Source of the DNA: Podarcis bocagei | Lineage: Eukaryota | Length of the DNA: 64,000 nt | Assembly (NCBI GenBank): GCA_964188305.1 | Contig: OZ076889.1 | Strand: one strand, 5' to 3' | Shown here: positions 1 through 11,903 of the stretch, piece after piece | Layout: the number at the start of each line of letters is the position of its first letter | How positions within the stretch are numbered: position 1 is the stretch's first letter | Translations under genes and position numbers: made by a program | Notes under the pieces: generated by a model | What the model saw: only the letters and a program-made list of their open reading frames with translations | Told to the model about the DNA's origin: nothing | Database searches by the model: none

Positions 1-3000
1 CAGCTGTTATTGCACAGAAGGGGACCCAGAAACTGGAGAGAAATGCACACTTGCCATATAAACTGTTGCATGGGGTAGATGTGGGATATATTCGTGCATT
101 TTACACCAAATTGTTTACAGACTTCAACACTCCTCCTTTATCTCAACATTTCCAAAAATAAGATGCCAATTCTAACAAGACTTGGTGGATATTCATGGAA
201 TAGATCTTTCTTAGTTCCTCACAGTCCTCTGAGGTCACTTTGTCCATAGGAAACAAAGCCAATTTCTTAAACATGAGCATTTACAGTAAGAGTGGAATTA
301 AGGAAAAGGCATACAGTATATGCCCAAACTGTGAGAGAGGAGCTCAGTCTTTCACTGTTAAAGCCAAATGCCAATACAAGGAACAAGCAGAGCCTGCTGT
401 TAAGATGGACCTGGGATGACACACTGCCATCCCTTTAATACCCAGCAGGTCCCTTGTCTCCTCTCCTCTCCTCATCTAAACTAAACAACAGTGTGAAGTC
501 AGAGTGCATCTGTGGATACAACACAGTTCCATGGACAGAATCTACCAACCACATCATATAACCCCCAAATGGGATATCAGTAGGGCAAACAGCTCATTCA
601 CCAATATCAAATTGTTTGATCTATTCCCACAGTGTTTCCATTTATCTGCCTCAGTAAAATTCAACACCATTCATAAATAAGGGTCAAATGGGTCAATTCA
701 ATTTGGCAGTTCTTTAAACTCATGTTTATCTATACTCCTCCCTACTCTCTCTCTCTTGTGGACAACACACACACCAACAGAGAACTTTCTAAGGGCCAAA
801 CATACAGGTCACAGAAGCATATTCCTTCTTTTAAACATGTTTTCTCCTGCTATCTCTCATGTTGTTCGGTGCTGATGAGAGTTATATTCCCAAATATCTG
901 GAGGTCACCATGTTGGCAAAGGCTGATCCACAACAGCATTGCAAACGGAAGAGGTTGGTAGGAGGAGGAGTTTAGGGAGGACGATTGGGCTGGAAGGAGA
1001 GACAGCTATGGTTACACTAACGCCTAGAATGATACCCCATCTGTTTTAAGGAACCAGATGTTCTGTTGTTTTCCACTATACACAAGGTCAGGGTGCTTCA
1101 CCCTGCACACACACTCTGGCTCACACACTCTGCATGACAGCTTCATGTTTTGAGCACAAATACACTCAACCATCTTTTCCAGGGTGATTGAAGTGTACCA
1201 CAGTGCAAAAAGTGTGAGAAGCTACCACAGATATTTGTTCATAGAACAGTGGTGAGTATGGGGACTGTGACCTTCAAATAAGAGTCAATGGTCACTTCCT
1301 TCAAATTATGTGTTTCTGGATTTGTCTAATTTAAGTTAGTGAAAAGCACCACTGGTAGAAAGAGCTTCTATACTATACTATCATTATGAAAAGAAGCTTT
1401 CTCCAGAGGCATTTGTACAGGGCTATGCACAAATCAGATCAATCAAATGTGGCAAAGGTCATGGCATAAACAAAACTCAGTCATGGAGCAACTGCCATAT
1501 TACAGAATGGCTAGGCCTGTGGGTAATTTGCAGTTAGATTCAGCTGGTTTTTCATTATCGATGCTGCATGTTGCTTGTCACGGATGCAAGGGAAGCTAAG
1601 GAATTTCTGGTCTAGGAATCCAAATCTTGACAGCAAACCATTTCTGATCCAAATGGCCCACAACAGAGGATAAGGGGGATGCAGTACAGTTCAAAGCTCA
1701 GCTTCACAGAAGTATCCTCAGAGCGCCATGGGGTTCCAATGAAAGGAGCCTGCGTCACAGCAATCAAGTAATCACAGCAACATTTTACACACTGGAACTA
1801 TCCACAACAGGAGATCTACAGCTGTGAACTTTTTCCACTTCTACTTGTATGCCAGCTCTTCCCAGCCAGCTTTTTTGCCACACACCAAGCAGCCAACCGA
1901 AAGACAATATTGCAAAGCCCCACTTGGCAAATGCCAGCCAGCTGAGAGGATAAACTGTGATTCAAGGAAATGCAAGTGATAAATCAGAATATCGTTTTTT
2001 TACACTGTTTGTTGCAGTACCTAATTCTAACATGCATAATTTAAAGTAAAATAGTATCACTGAGCATTTTCTAATCTCAATGAAGATATATCCAAATATA
2101 AATGTGTAGCAAAACAAAACGTCCAACCAAAGAGCTCCACAAACTTTAGTGCTCTTTTCAGTGCAACATCCCCAAGACCTAGATCCCGTGTGCCTTCTGC
2201 TTTATGTAGCTTACAAGCCATCACTCCAACTATGGGACAGCCAACAGATTTTTTCCTTCTTTTAAAGCTGAGCAAATGTCAGCATCAAAAGCAATAAATA
2301 AGTACAAGCCCAACCGTGCAGGTTCTCAGGGGATGTTCTTGATTTGGGCTGAGATGGGCTGGTTACAAAAAGGGGATTTCCCTTCTTTAAATGTTTAACA
2401 GCTGCAGGTCTTGATGGATCTCCTTTTTGCTACAAGCCTCTGGAAGGCAGAAGCAAGGAGAGAAGGGGAGGGGGCAGAAGGCTAAGGTTAAGGCATTTTT
2501 CCCTTTCCAGTCCCCCTTCAGTGTGTGAAACAGGTGGGTAAACTTTACTGGCATTCATGTGAGTGTGGGTTTTATTTAAAAGGGAGTGGGAGGGTGGAAG
2601 AGTGAAGTTGCTTCTATTGTTGAACAAAATCCAAGAGTAGTTTAGGACCACACATGGAGCTGGGGTTGTGCAGGGGGAGGAGGTGTGGAACGCCAAAGAT
2701 CGCTGACAGTCATCACAGAGAAACATCTGCTCTTGGAAAGCTCCCAGGCTGCTTGCAATTTTTTTTTTTTGTTTAAAAAAAGAATAAAAATAAAATAAAA
2801 ATCCTAGGGTGTGAAAACTCAGCGTAACCTGGTGTTGGAAAAGAGAGGAGACTGCAATAAGCAGGGGATGGAAAGCAAGCAGCAAACCCCAGGCACTGCC
2901 ACATGGATTGATGGCAGTGCTGAGAATGGAGGGGGCAACATAGCATGCTGAACTTATTAATAACAAAGGCATCATTTTTATCAAATGTTTCCAGTAGGAA

Positions 3001-3649
3001 ATTAGGATTTGCTCCTGGGTGACCCCTTTTGCTTTTGGCTATTTGCATTCAACCCAATTCCATTCTCAGCTGGCAGGCAAGTGTAACCCAAGTTAAACTT
3101 CAACTGACAGCTCTGCTGTAGACAGTAATTATCCTCTCCTTCAGCACCACCCTCAGAAAGGTAATTTAGGATTTTAATGTCAATAATGCAATGCAGCAAG
3201 CAGGGCCCGGTGGCAAGAAAAACCATATTATCTGAGATGGGGGAAATAATTTAATTGCACTTGTCTATGTGGGGGCATGTATTTGCACCGATAGGGATCT
3301 GGACTGCACACACGGCATGGCGAACACAGGCACACACATGCAGAGCAGCATAGGAAGGTTTATGCACACTCGCACACACTCTTGCGGAACAAGTTCAAGG
3401 TGGAAATCTCTCTCTATAACACCACAACAGCGCCAAACCCTTTGGGTTACGGGGGAGGTCTGTCTCCCAATATTTCTGGTGTATAAATCATTGTTTCTCA
3501 TAGATTGAGACCAATATAACCAAACAAGATTGAATCCAAAAAAAGGGAAGAAAATTCCATGCCTGGACAGGAAATCAGTGAGGATCACCACAACACCTTT
3601 CTTTCTGGAAGGTGGTCTGAAGGTATAGGATGAGTGAGATTCTGTTGCT

Positions 3650-3706
3650 GAAGCAAAGCAGGTTAAGCACTGTATAGTGCTTGGATGGGAGACTGCCTGG
3701 AAACCA
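3650..3706 (+). mobile_element. 5S rRNA-derived fragment (SINE3 head or 5S pseudogene)
   Basis: GAAGCAAAGCAGG...TAGTGCTTGGATGGGAGACTGCCTGGAAACC resembles the 5S internal control region (GAAGCTAAGCAGGG...TAGTACTTGGATGGGAGACCGCCTGGGAATACC). Confidence 0.7.
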
Positions 3707-4674
3707 CATTTAAGGAAACCACTCTGAGCAAGTCAGAGGAAGAATGGGCTGCAAGGCAGGGTGTCATAAATATGATACATCCCATTACTGAGACCTCCAA
3801 GAACAGAACTGCCAGGTGCCTCTAAATCCAAACCATAATCGTTGGCACAATCTTCAATTATCCAAAAGCACTTAAGGCAACCCTACATTCTCCAGTTTTA
3901 TACCATGTCACCCCACAAGTCTACATGTAAATTTAGGGCATGGAAAGTGTCTGTCCCATCATTCAGTATTCACAAACAGTGCTCATTACCATCATGGAGA
4001 ATAGTATTTAACAAACATTCAAAAGAATTCTGATTTGGGCTCTAAAAATCAGAGAACTGGCTTAAAAACCACTGGCACAACCCACTGAAAACATTTCTGG
4101 AGGAAGCCCCTTCAACTTGAATGGAGTTGCACAAGGGCACTCACACATTATCATCCAGCTCTTATTCATATCAATGGGGCTTGCACAGAAGACGTTCCCA
4201 GCATGATTGTTCCCTGTGCAATTATCTTTTTAAATAAAAGAGCTTCTTGTTTTCATCACTTTGCCAGCTGGTCTTGGAGGCTTTCTAGCCTGTTTGACAG
4301 TCACATAATTCAAGCTTTTCTCAAGGCTTACAAACTCTTCTTCAATTATTGAAAAAAGTTAAAATGGGGAAACAGGGTTTTATTGCAAGACTTGAGGTTT
4401 TAAGAGTTCCTCAAACTGGAATACATTTTTATATCCAAGAAAGTACTCTCTATCCCCCTGTTACTTGGTAGCTTCCCCCAAGATGCCAATTCCAAGAAAC
4501 TGTGTGCAAATCTGGAGCTTAGAGAGGGGCCCCTTTGCTAACAACTCCCTTTAAAAGGCTCTTCTAGGCCTTTTGCTTCCACTATGTTTGACAACTGCTC
4601 CACCATCACCCAACAATGTCCTAAAGCGCTATGCAGCCCTCCCAGTATTCACACACTCACAAAATGGAACTTAC

Positions 4675-4867
4675 CTTCCACCCAGAGTTGCTCAATATCC
4701 GTTTCTATGGAGGCTACTCGCAGCCCTACAGCCAGCGTCCCAAAGACCAGCAGCCCCACAAAAAGTACTTTGCCACAGTGACGATGGATCCAACAGCCCA
4801 GTGTAAACAGCAGGGCCTGGAACTGGGCCCGCAGCCACAGCGGGGCTTTCTGGCCCACAGCCTTACC
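4675..4867 (-). CDS. PTCH2: Patched 2, coding exon 2 (193 nt; includes TM1)
   Basis: Translates [64 protein letters not shown], the Patched N-terminal/TM1 segment. Pyrimidine-rich CAG acceptor (4870-4868) and GTAAGT donor (4674-4669). Phase 0 in, phase 1 out. Exon 3 was not seen in 1-4600. Confidence 0.96.
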
Positions 4868-5479
4868 CTGGGGAGAGAAATGGAGAGTTAGCCAAGACAC
4901 TGTTGCTACAGGGAACAGCAACATCCTGCCCCAGGGTAGCTGGCACTGGGGTTAAAGCAGACCTCAAGCCTTTGGGAGCAAGCATTTCAGCAAGAACCTT
5001 GCCATAGATTATTTATGGGGGCATATATGTGCACGCCTGCCTGTCCCTGCAGCGCTTCCATCTGCTCGGAACTTGTGAAGGCCAGTGCCCATATCCTCTC
5101 AGTCTGCAGAGAGATGAACTCCTGAGTGACAGCTGTAGATGTGGGTGAATCCCCTACTCAGGTGGAGAAACAGGCCGCTGGGAAGCTCCTGCCACAATCC
5201 ATGTGTTATGTCTGTGAGGTTGCCCAGCAGCAATGTCCCTCCTCTGTTCCTCAGCGGTGGTCTGCTTCCCTTCCCCAGTTCCAGATACACTCCTCACCTC
5301 CAGAGCAACCCAGCAGCTGAAGTGCCCTGTTAGAAAGGAGCCCTGCAAAAGGCAACCCGGTATGTTAAGGAGTCCTTCTACAGTCTAGTTTCCACCCTTT
5401 CCTCAGGTGCGTCCTTCTGACCTGTCAAGTTTCCTTGCCTTCCCTTGCGGGAGACTCCCCCATTGTCTCCCTTCCTCTC

Positions 5480-6500
5480 CTTCCACCGATTTAGCTACTC
5501 AAGTCCACCCGCCTCCCTTTCTCGCCCCTGAGCGAAACGCTCCACGCAGACCCACCCCCGAGCCGCCGTCTCCCCTCGCAGATCCGATCCGGGGCTGGCC
5601 TCTCCCGCGCGTCCCTCCTGGACGGCTCCCCGGCGTCTCCCCTTTCCATAAACAAACTCCAGGGGCCACGGCGCGGGCTCGCTCTGGAGCGCGCCGGCCA
5701 AAGCCTGCTCCCTTCCTTCATTCCCTGGCCCCAAAGAAGCCGAAAGCTTCGAAGAGGACCCCCTTTCCCAGCCCCCCCGGGCCCAGAAGAGCCGATCCCT
5801 CGCCTTTTTTGTCCCCTTCCCTGCAGCTGCTTGCGCGCCTCTCTCCCGGGTGGACGGGGTCGCCCCAACTTTACTTCTCGTCCCCCCCCCACCCGTGGGA
5901 AAGCGCCTTCGCCCCATTCCCTTACCTTGGAGATCTGTTTGAGGGCAAAGGCAGCGTGGCAGTAGCTGGGTCTCCGGAGAAGATCCGAGTTGGCAGTTGC
6001 CGCCGCCGCCGTGGCCGCCGCCGCGTAAGACGGCGGGAGTTCTCCCCGGAAGCCCCCGGCCCCCGGGACCGGCCGATCCGAAGCCATGCTCCAGGGTCGA
6101 GCGAGGACGGTGCTGGCGGGAGGCGCAGGGGCGCAGGCGGCTTCCCGGGAGCGGTAATCCAGAGGGGAGAAGCGCGGGGTCGGAGGCTTCAGAGGAGTGG
6201 CTGCTGCGGGGATCCCATGTGGACATTATGGGGGCGAATCTGAGGCCATCCAAGCGCGCCCCATGCGCCCTCGGCGCTTCCCAGCGTGGCCCCTTCGACT
6301 CGCGGCAGCAGACGGCGGTCGAAAGCTCACACAGCCTCCGAAAGGAGAGGCGCCCGGGTGCCCGGCGGTGCAGTGCGCTTCGGATCGCGTCCCACCAACA
6401 TTTGGAACAAACAGTCTCCTTCGAGATCCTGAAAAGAGGAGCGGGGGGAGGAAGGTTTGGTTTGATGGGAAAGTGCCCCGGTTCCCATTGGCCGAGGAAG
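5480..6500. promoter_or_regulatory. CpG island over PTCH2 promoter/exon 1/5' intron 1
   Basis: Visibly very GC- and CpG-rich against a CpG-depleted background; boundaries approximate. Confidence 0.85.
5926..6087 (-). CDS. PTCH2: Patched 2, coding part of exon 1 (54 codons)
   Basis: MASDRPVPGAGGFRGELPPSYAAAATAAAATANSDLLRRPSYCHAAFALKQISK. Strong Kozak (AGC ATG G) and AAG|GTAAGG donor; joins exon 2 in frame. The LPPSY and DLLRRPSYCHAAFALKQISK motifs and adjacency to EIF2B3 indicate PTCH2 rather than PTCH1. Confidence 0.95.
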
Positions 6501-6616
6501 AGGCAAATTACTCCGCAAACATCTCCTATTATTAGCTGCTAAGCAACAGCTCACCAAAGTGGAGAGAGAAGAGACCACCCAGGCAGCGCCCTCCCCCGCC
6601 TCCCTCCTCCCCGCCT
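6487..6616 (-). promoter_or_regulatory. PTCH2 proximal promoter: CCAAT box, consensus GLI site, GC boxes
   Basis: CCAAT on minus strand (ATTGG 6487-6491), perfect GLI consensus GACCACCCA at 6573-6581 (~490 bp upstream of ATG), CCCCGCC Sp/KLF boxes within 6591-6616. PTCH genes are established direct GLI targets. Confidence 0.8.
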
Positions 6617-7432
6617 CAAATCAATGAGGGCAGAGGGAGGGAGAGACTTGCCTTCAACACAGGAATTCTGCTCCACAGATTTTCAAATGCTGCCCGTTGC
6701 CCCCTCCCAGCTGCCCCCCTCCCAAATCCAAACCAGCTCCTTTATTTATTATTGCAAGCGGACGCAGCGATGTAGTGGGACAGCTGCAAACTTTGCGGGC
6801 GGGGGGGGGGACACACAGGGTGGACTCTCCAGGATTTGGGGAGAAAAAGGTAAAAACTTTGGGGTTTGCTGTTTTGGTTTCTTAAAAGGCAGGTGGAGAG
6901 GAATGATTTATTGAAAAAGCTTAAATAGGTATAAACAGTGGGAGAAGCCAAAGTGGCACTATCACCGTCATCAAGGGGGGGGGCACACAACACAACTCAA
7001 CTTTTCTTATCCTGTGATGGCTTTGTAATGACTTTGAGCTGTGTGTGTGTAATCTAACACGCACACACATGCACACAAACCCTTTCCCTCACCAGGACTT
7101 GTAAAGCACACAGGGGCGAAAGGCCTTTGAACATGTACAGAGTGCTGTAGTCCCCGTCCCTTGCACTGAGAAACCCTGATTATTCTGCACACCCCATGGA
7201 CAGAGGGAATGCCTTCCATGTGAGCAGGCATGAGTATGAAACTTCCAAACAAAACAGAGCCCCAACACCTGTCGCTTAGAAATTAAGCCATATCACATGG
7301 CATAGATTCTTGAACTCAATACATTTGTATCTTGAACAGATACAAATCCAAGAAAACAAATTTATCAAATCTTTAAACAACACAAACCAAGGAACTCTTG
7401 TTTCAGAAGCATGCAGGGTTCCTAACAGGGCA

Positions 7433-7433
7433 A

Positions 7434-7488
<55 letters not shown>
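7433..7488. repeat. (AAT)n microsatellite
   Basis: About 18 perfect AAT units. Confidence 0.97.
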
Positions 7489-9966
7489 GTCAACATCAGA
7501 AACAAAACTGTATTTCCATAAAAATGGAATAACTAATTATTTTGGCCATATGGATGGGCCAAAATATGAGCCAGGGTCCTCCAGACCTTCAAATTACAGT
7601 ATAACCTATTTTCAATGGCTTAGACTGCAATAATATAATCCCATATCTAGGAGTATATACTTAAGACATATAGAATTGCACTGCCAGTCTTGGAAATGGG
7701 GGAGGAATAATCTCTGAACATGTGCAAAGTACTCATCATTGAGTAATAATCACTAGCTTTCATACGCCTTGGAGCAGTGACAACTTTATCCAGTTTTTTT
7801 GGGAGGGGGGAGGGGCGTTGAGGGAAGGATGGGTTTCTAGTCTGTGTGACATCCAGGCAGGCCTGAAACCCAAGAATTTCATTTTGGAAATTTACTGACA
7901 AACTTTCCTTTGACCAAACCCACAAGAAAGCCAGGAAACACAAAGCCAGCTGCAAAGTCAGTGCCTCACTTTCCACCACTGAGAAACTACAACCAGGCTG
8001 GTGGTCCACAAAGGGGCAGGATTGTACCACCCCCTACATCATACTCAGAACCTCATACAATTTTTTTCTAAAGTAACCTTGAAATACACTTCTCTGATAC
8101 CGAAAAAAAGTGACAGGTTTCAATTAGCAGGTGATGAGCTCCCATTAGGTTTGTTTTCTCTCAGCCCCGTAAGATGCCCATTATACCTTCCTTTGCCAGA
8201 GAAGGAGGCAGCAGCGAAATTAACAGGAAACCAATGAACAACCTGGATTCTAGCTGCAGAACTTGGACTGGAAGAAAACAGACCCACTATGTGGGAGGGA
8301 CTAATCTGGCTGAGAGTAATCATGTGACTCACTCTGGGCTGAAGTGAAGGCCTGTACACATGACACATGTACACATGCAGTGAGGTCATTGCATTTCACT
8401 GCATTTCCCACCATGTTTGCACATTGTTGTACTCATGAACATGGTTTGATGCATATCTAAGTCGCCTGTTGTATATCTCCACTGGTAGACAGAGACAGGG
8501 TGGGACTTTTCTTACCCAATGAGCAAGTCTCAATTTGGATTGAAGCTGGTTTGGAAGAAAATGCATCAAAATGTATGTATACACAATTTCCGAAACCCGT
8601 GGCAGGAGTGTACTGGATGCAAAGTAAATGGGAGTGTGCATTAATATGGAGAACCAAGACCAAAGCCAGTAGCGTTTAATTGCACTTCTCCATCCTCCTT
8701 TGATGGAGGCACAATCATTGCTGTTCCCATATTAGGAAACAATAGATTGCTCCTTTGATGAATATTTGGGAATGTAAATTTCACAGAAGAACTTGGGTGG
8801 TAAGGAAGAAGAAACGTATTACATATTGGAGACCGTTTATTTGTTTTTTTGTGTTAGGGTTTATGCATGTGTATTACCGCGTGAATGCATGTACATGCTA
8901 TGTTTTGAAATAAATGTGAGTATTATGTAGTGGCTTTTTGGGGAGGTATGTATGGAACTGGACACTGACAAAATTATAAAAGTGAAACATTTTATTTCTT
9001 CTAAAGTGATCAAGTGGGAACTAGAGAAGATTTCAAACTAGATAGACAGATGTTTTAAAAAATCCTATTGGGGGCTTCCTTGGATGGTCAGCCAGACCTG
9101 AAACAACACCCACTACCTTTAAAATCCAGTAATCTTCTTCACAGTGTTCTCTCTCTCCCTCACCCTCATCCCTACCCTGCCCTGTGCTCCTACCAACAAC
9201 CAGGGTGAGGAAAATGCATTATTGACGTAACTCTGTCTTTACTATTATCTGTGATAGATGGTTTCATGTTTTTGCTGGGGGGAAAGTTTGTGGAATCCAC
9301 AATATTTGATTCCGGAACAATTGCCTACCTTCAGCATCCCCCAAAAGTGGCCTCACCCTTTTCTTCACCAAGATCATACATACTCTGAATCATCAGAAAA
9401 TAAGCAAAAATTACAATGGGATTTAAAAGTTTCTGAAAGGCCCCAGTTCCCATTAGCACAGTATTGCTCCCGATCCTTCCTCTGTGGCAATGGGATGCTG
9501 ACATATTTAAGGCAGTCGAGGTAATGAGAACAAGCCCTCCGCATAACATCCCACACATTCTGTCTGTCTCTGTGTGCACAGCACCAGCTGAAGGATGACT
9601 CTTTCCCACCCACCCGCCCCCACTATATCCTGAAATGCAACTTCCTTACAACTACTAGCTTGCTGGGGTCCCAGTCAGCAATGTAAGTGAGGGCCCTGGT
9701 TTTTCCCTTCTAAGAGCAATTCATCTGTCATCTACTGGCTAGTTGCCTATTTGGTATTACTGTTTAACGCTGGGGCTTCTGGGCTTCTTTCACAAAAGCC
9801 TAAAAACAAACCTCCACCGCCTATCCCCTTTTTTGAAACACACATCACCCACAGGAAACGATGAGCCTCCGAGGATGATGGTCTTTGCAGAAACATGGCA
9901 GTGGCCAATTTTGCTCTGTGCTGTTGGCCATGCATCCTGGCTTTCTCTCTGGTGGTGCAGCTAGCG

Positions 9967-10104
9967 CAGGTGTGGGAAACCTTTGGCCCTCCAGATGTTG
10001 CTGAACCACAACTCCCATCAGTCCCAACAAGCCTCAGCAGTGGCCAGGAACGATGAGAGTTGTAGTTCAGTAACATCTGGGAGGCCAAAGGTTCACGACA
10101 CCAG
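9967..10104. mobile_element. hAT-type MITE
   Basis: Long imperfect inverted repeat (CAGGTGTGGGAAACCTTTGGCCCTCCAGATGTTGCTGAAC...GTTCAGTAACATCTGGGAGGCCAAAGGTTC); 8-bp TSD AGCTAGCG/AGCTAGTG. Confidence 0.8.
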
Positions 10105-10651
10105 AGCTAGTGTCAAAACCCACAGCTCTAGGGATCTCCAAGATGACAACCTAGAGAGAAGCAGATGTTGTGAACACTGGCAAACAGGCCTGGCACTAGC
10201 ACCCGGGCCAGTGTGGGGATGCCAGGTCTCATAGACTGACGCTGGTCACTGTTTTGGCATAGTGAGGTAGAGAAAGAGAAAGAGAAAAATTAGTTGTGTG
10301 CTTCAGTGTTTAGGGAATATGCACGGCCATCTAAAGGGGTCTGGATCTAAAAGTACCTGGCTGCATTCACTGTTTCCATTCTACAGGGACAGCAGCTGGT
10401 GCTGCAGCAGGAGGAAGTGTCAGATCTTACATTAAGCACTTGCAAGAATAGTTTGCCCGCAAACACTGGTCCTGTTTACTTTCCCCTACATGAGGCGGCA
10501 TGTAAAGTCTAATTCATGGGCAGTAATGATTTTCTTCTGGAATATTGCTATACCTTTTGGTGTCTGCTCCCCTTCTGGGGCAGTGAATCCCATAGGATCG
10601 ATCTGGTCTTCCTTCACCTCTCCACTCTAGTGGTTGGCCCTTCTTTTAACA

Positions 10652-10783
10652 AAAGGGATGGGAACCATTGGCCCTCCAGATATTATTGGATTCCCACCAG
10701 CCCCAAACAGCACAGCCAATGGTCAGGGATGAAGAGTATTGGAGTCCAACAACATCAGGAGGATCACAGGTTCCTAATCCTTG
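10652..10783. mobile_element. Second, more decayed copy of the same hAT MITE family
   Basis: Shares TTGGCCCTCCAGAT...CAACATC.GGAGG with 9967-10104; ends approximate. Confidence 0.65.
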
Positions 10784-11559
10784 CCAGACTGTTAAACAGT
10801 GGAGAGCAGTACCACTAGTCCTGCTTCCCTTCCTTTCCCTTCCCTTTGATGAGTGTGTATACAGAATAGTATCATGCCATCTTATTGTCTCCTTTTCAGA
10901 AGCTACAGGCTCATACCAGTTCTTTTTGTAAGTCTTTACAGCTTCCGTTTCTGAGCACACATCTTCCCCAACCCCTTATACAGCTTCACAATCATCATTT
11001 GGTCTCAATATTCAGGGGGGTTTCATTTCTCTCACCAACAAAGGGCTGGCATGGATGAGGCCTTTCCTCTCACTTCATGATCCCAGTTCTGCTTTATCTG
11101 AATTAATGTTCACTGGACATCAGTGGTAGCTGAAACCCATCAAACCTGGTGGGACTGCTGGATGCCTTCTGCAATGTGAGGGAAAAAATATGTGAAACGC
11201 TGTGATGAAATCTACCACTTGCATATCTAACGTTAAACACTAATCCTAGAGAGGACTATAATAACTGCAACAGCTTCATGGCTCCACTAACTCAGTTGGT
11301 CAATGAGAAGGACCCAGAACACAAAAAGGAGCGAGAACCCCCCTAGTGGACAATGGTGGGATAAGCTGCCACAGAATGTAAATTTGGTGTTATTCTCCCT
11401 CCCTCCCCTTGCATAAGTTAGTGGCAAATTACCAAGGGAAGTCTGTACTGCACAGGCACTGAAAGTTTTCAGAATATGATATGCTGATAAATTCTGACAA
11501 TGAGAAGGAATGAGCTGAAACTGATAAATGCTGAGAGTTCAGAGAATAGCTCTATATTT

Positions 11560-11627
11560 TTAGAGGGGTACCTGCGTTAATCTGCTGCTGCAAAAATGAA
11601 AAAGCATTGTAGCACCTTAAAGACTAA
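11560..11627 (+). mobile_element. Decayed Penelope-like terminal repeat fragment
   Basis: GGTACCTGCGTTAATCTG...GTAGCACCTTAAAGACTAA resembles the reptile Penelope terminus (GGTAGCCGTGTTAGTCTG...GTAGCACCTTAAAGACTAAC); interrupted by the next element. Confidence 0.55.
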
Positions 11628-11903
11628 AGGCTTGTCCACACTTCCTCTGGTCCAACTGTTCCCCCTCACCCCCACCCCTGGGGAAACTGCTCTGTAGTGC
11701 TCAATTGAAGCAAATGTCAATTTGGGTTTTCCCTAGACAGCCACTTGTTCCAATCTTTCGCCAAAGAGCGAGTTTTTCCTTGGAAAGGGGTGGGGCAAGG
11801 GGGAAAACCATTTGGACCTGTGCCTAGAAAGCCTGGGTCAAGCAGAAAACCACCCAGACCCATGCTTTCTAGGCACAACACAAATGGAAGTGTGGGCGAG
11901 CCC
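11628..11903. mobile_element. PIF/Harbinger-type MITE
   Basis: TIRs AGGCTTGTCCACACTTCC / GGAAGTGTGGGCGAGCCC with TAA on both sides (11625-11627, 11904-11906). Confidence 0.7.

Noticed and set aside
1-4600. Search for PTCH2 exon 3
   Set aside because: No segment encoding the expected G.RV..EL.YT..K.GEE motif was seen; it probably lies left of the window.
5407-6542. Long plus-strand ORFs (278 aa, 181 aa) and the intronic extension of the minus-strand ORFs over the CpG island
   Set aside because: Stop-poor GC-rich DNA antisense to or overlapping PTCH2 exon 1/intron 1; low-complexity P/R/G/A products with no recognisable domain.
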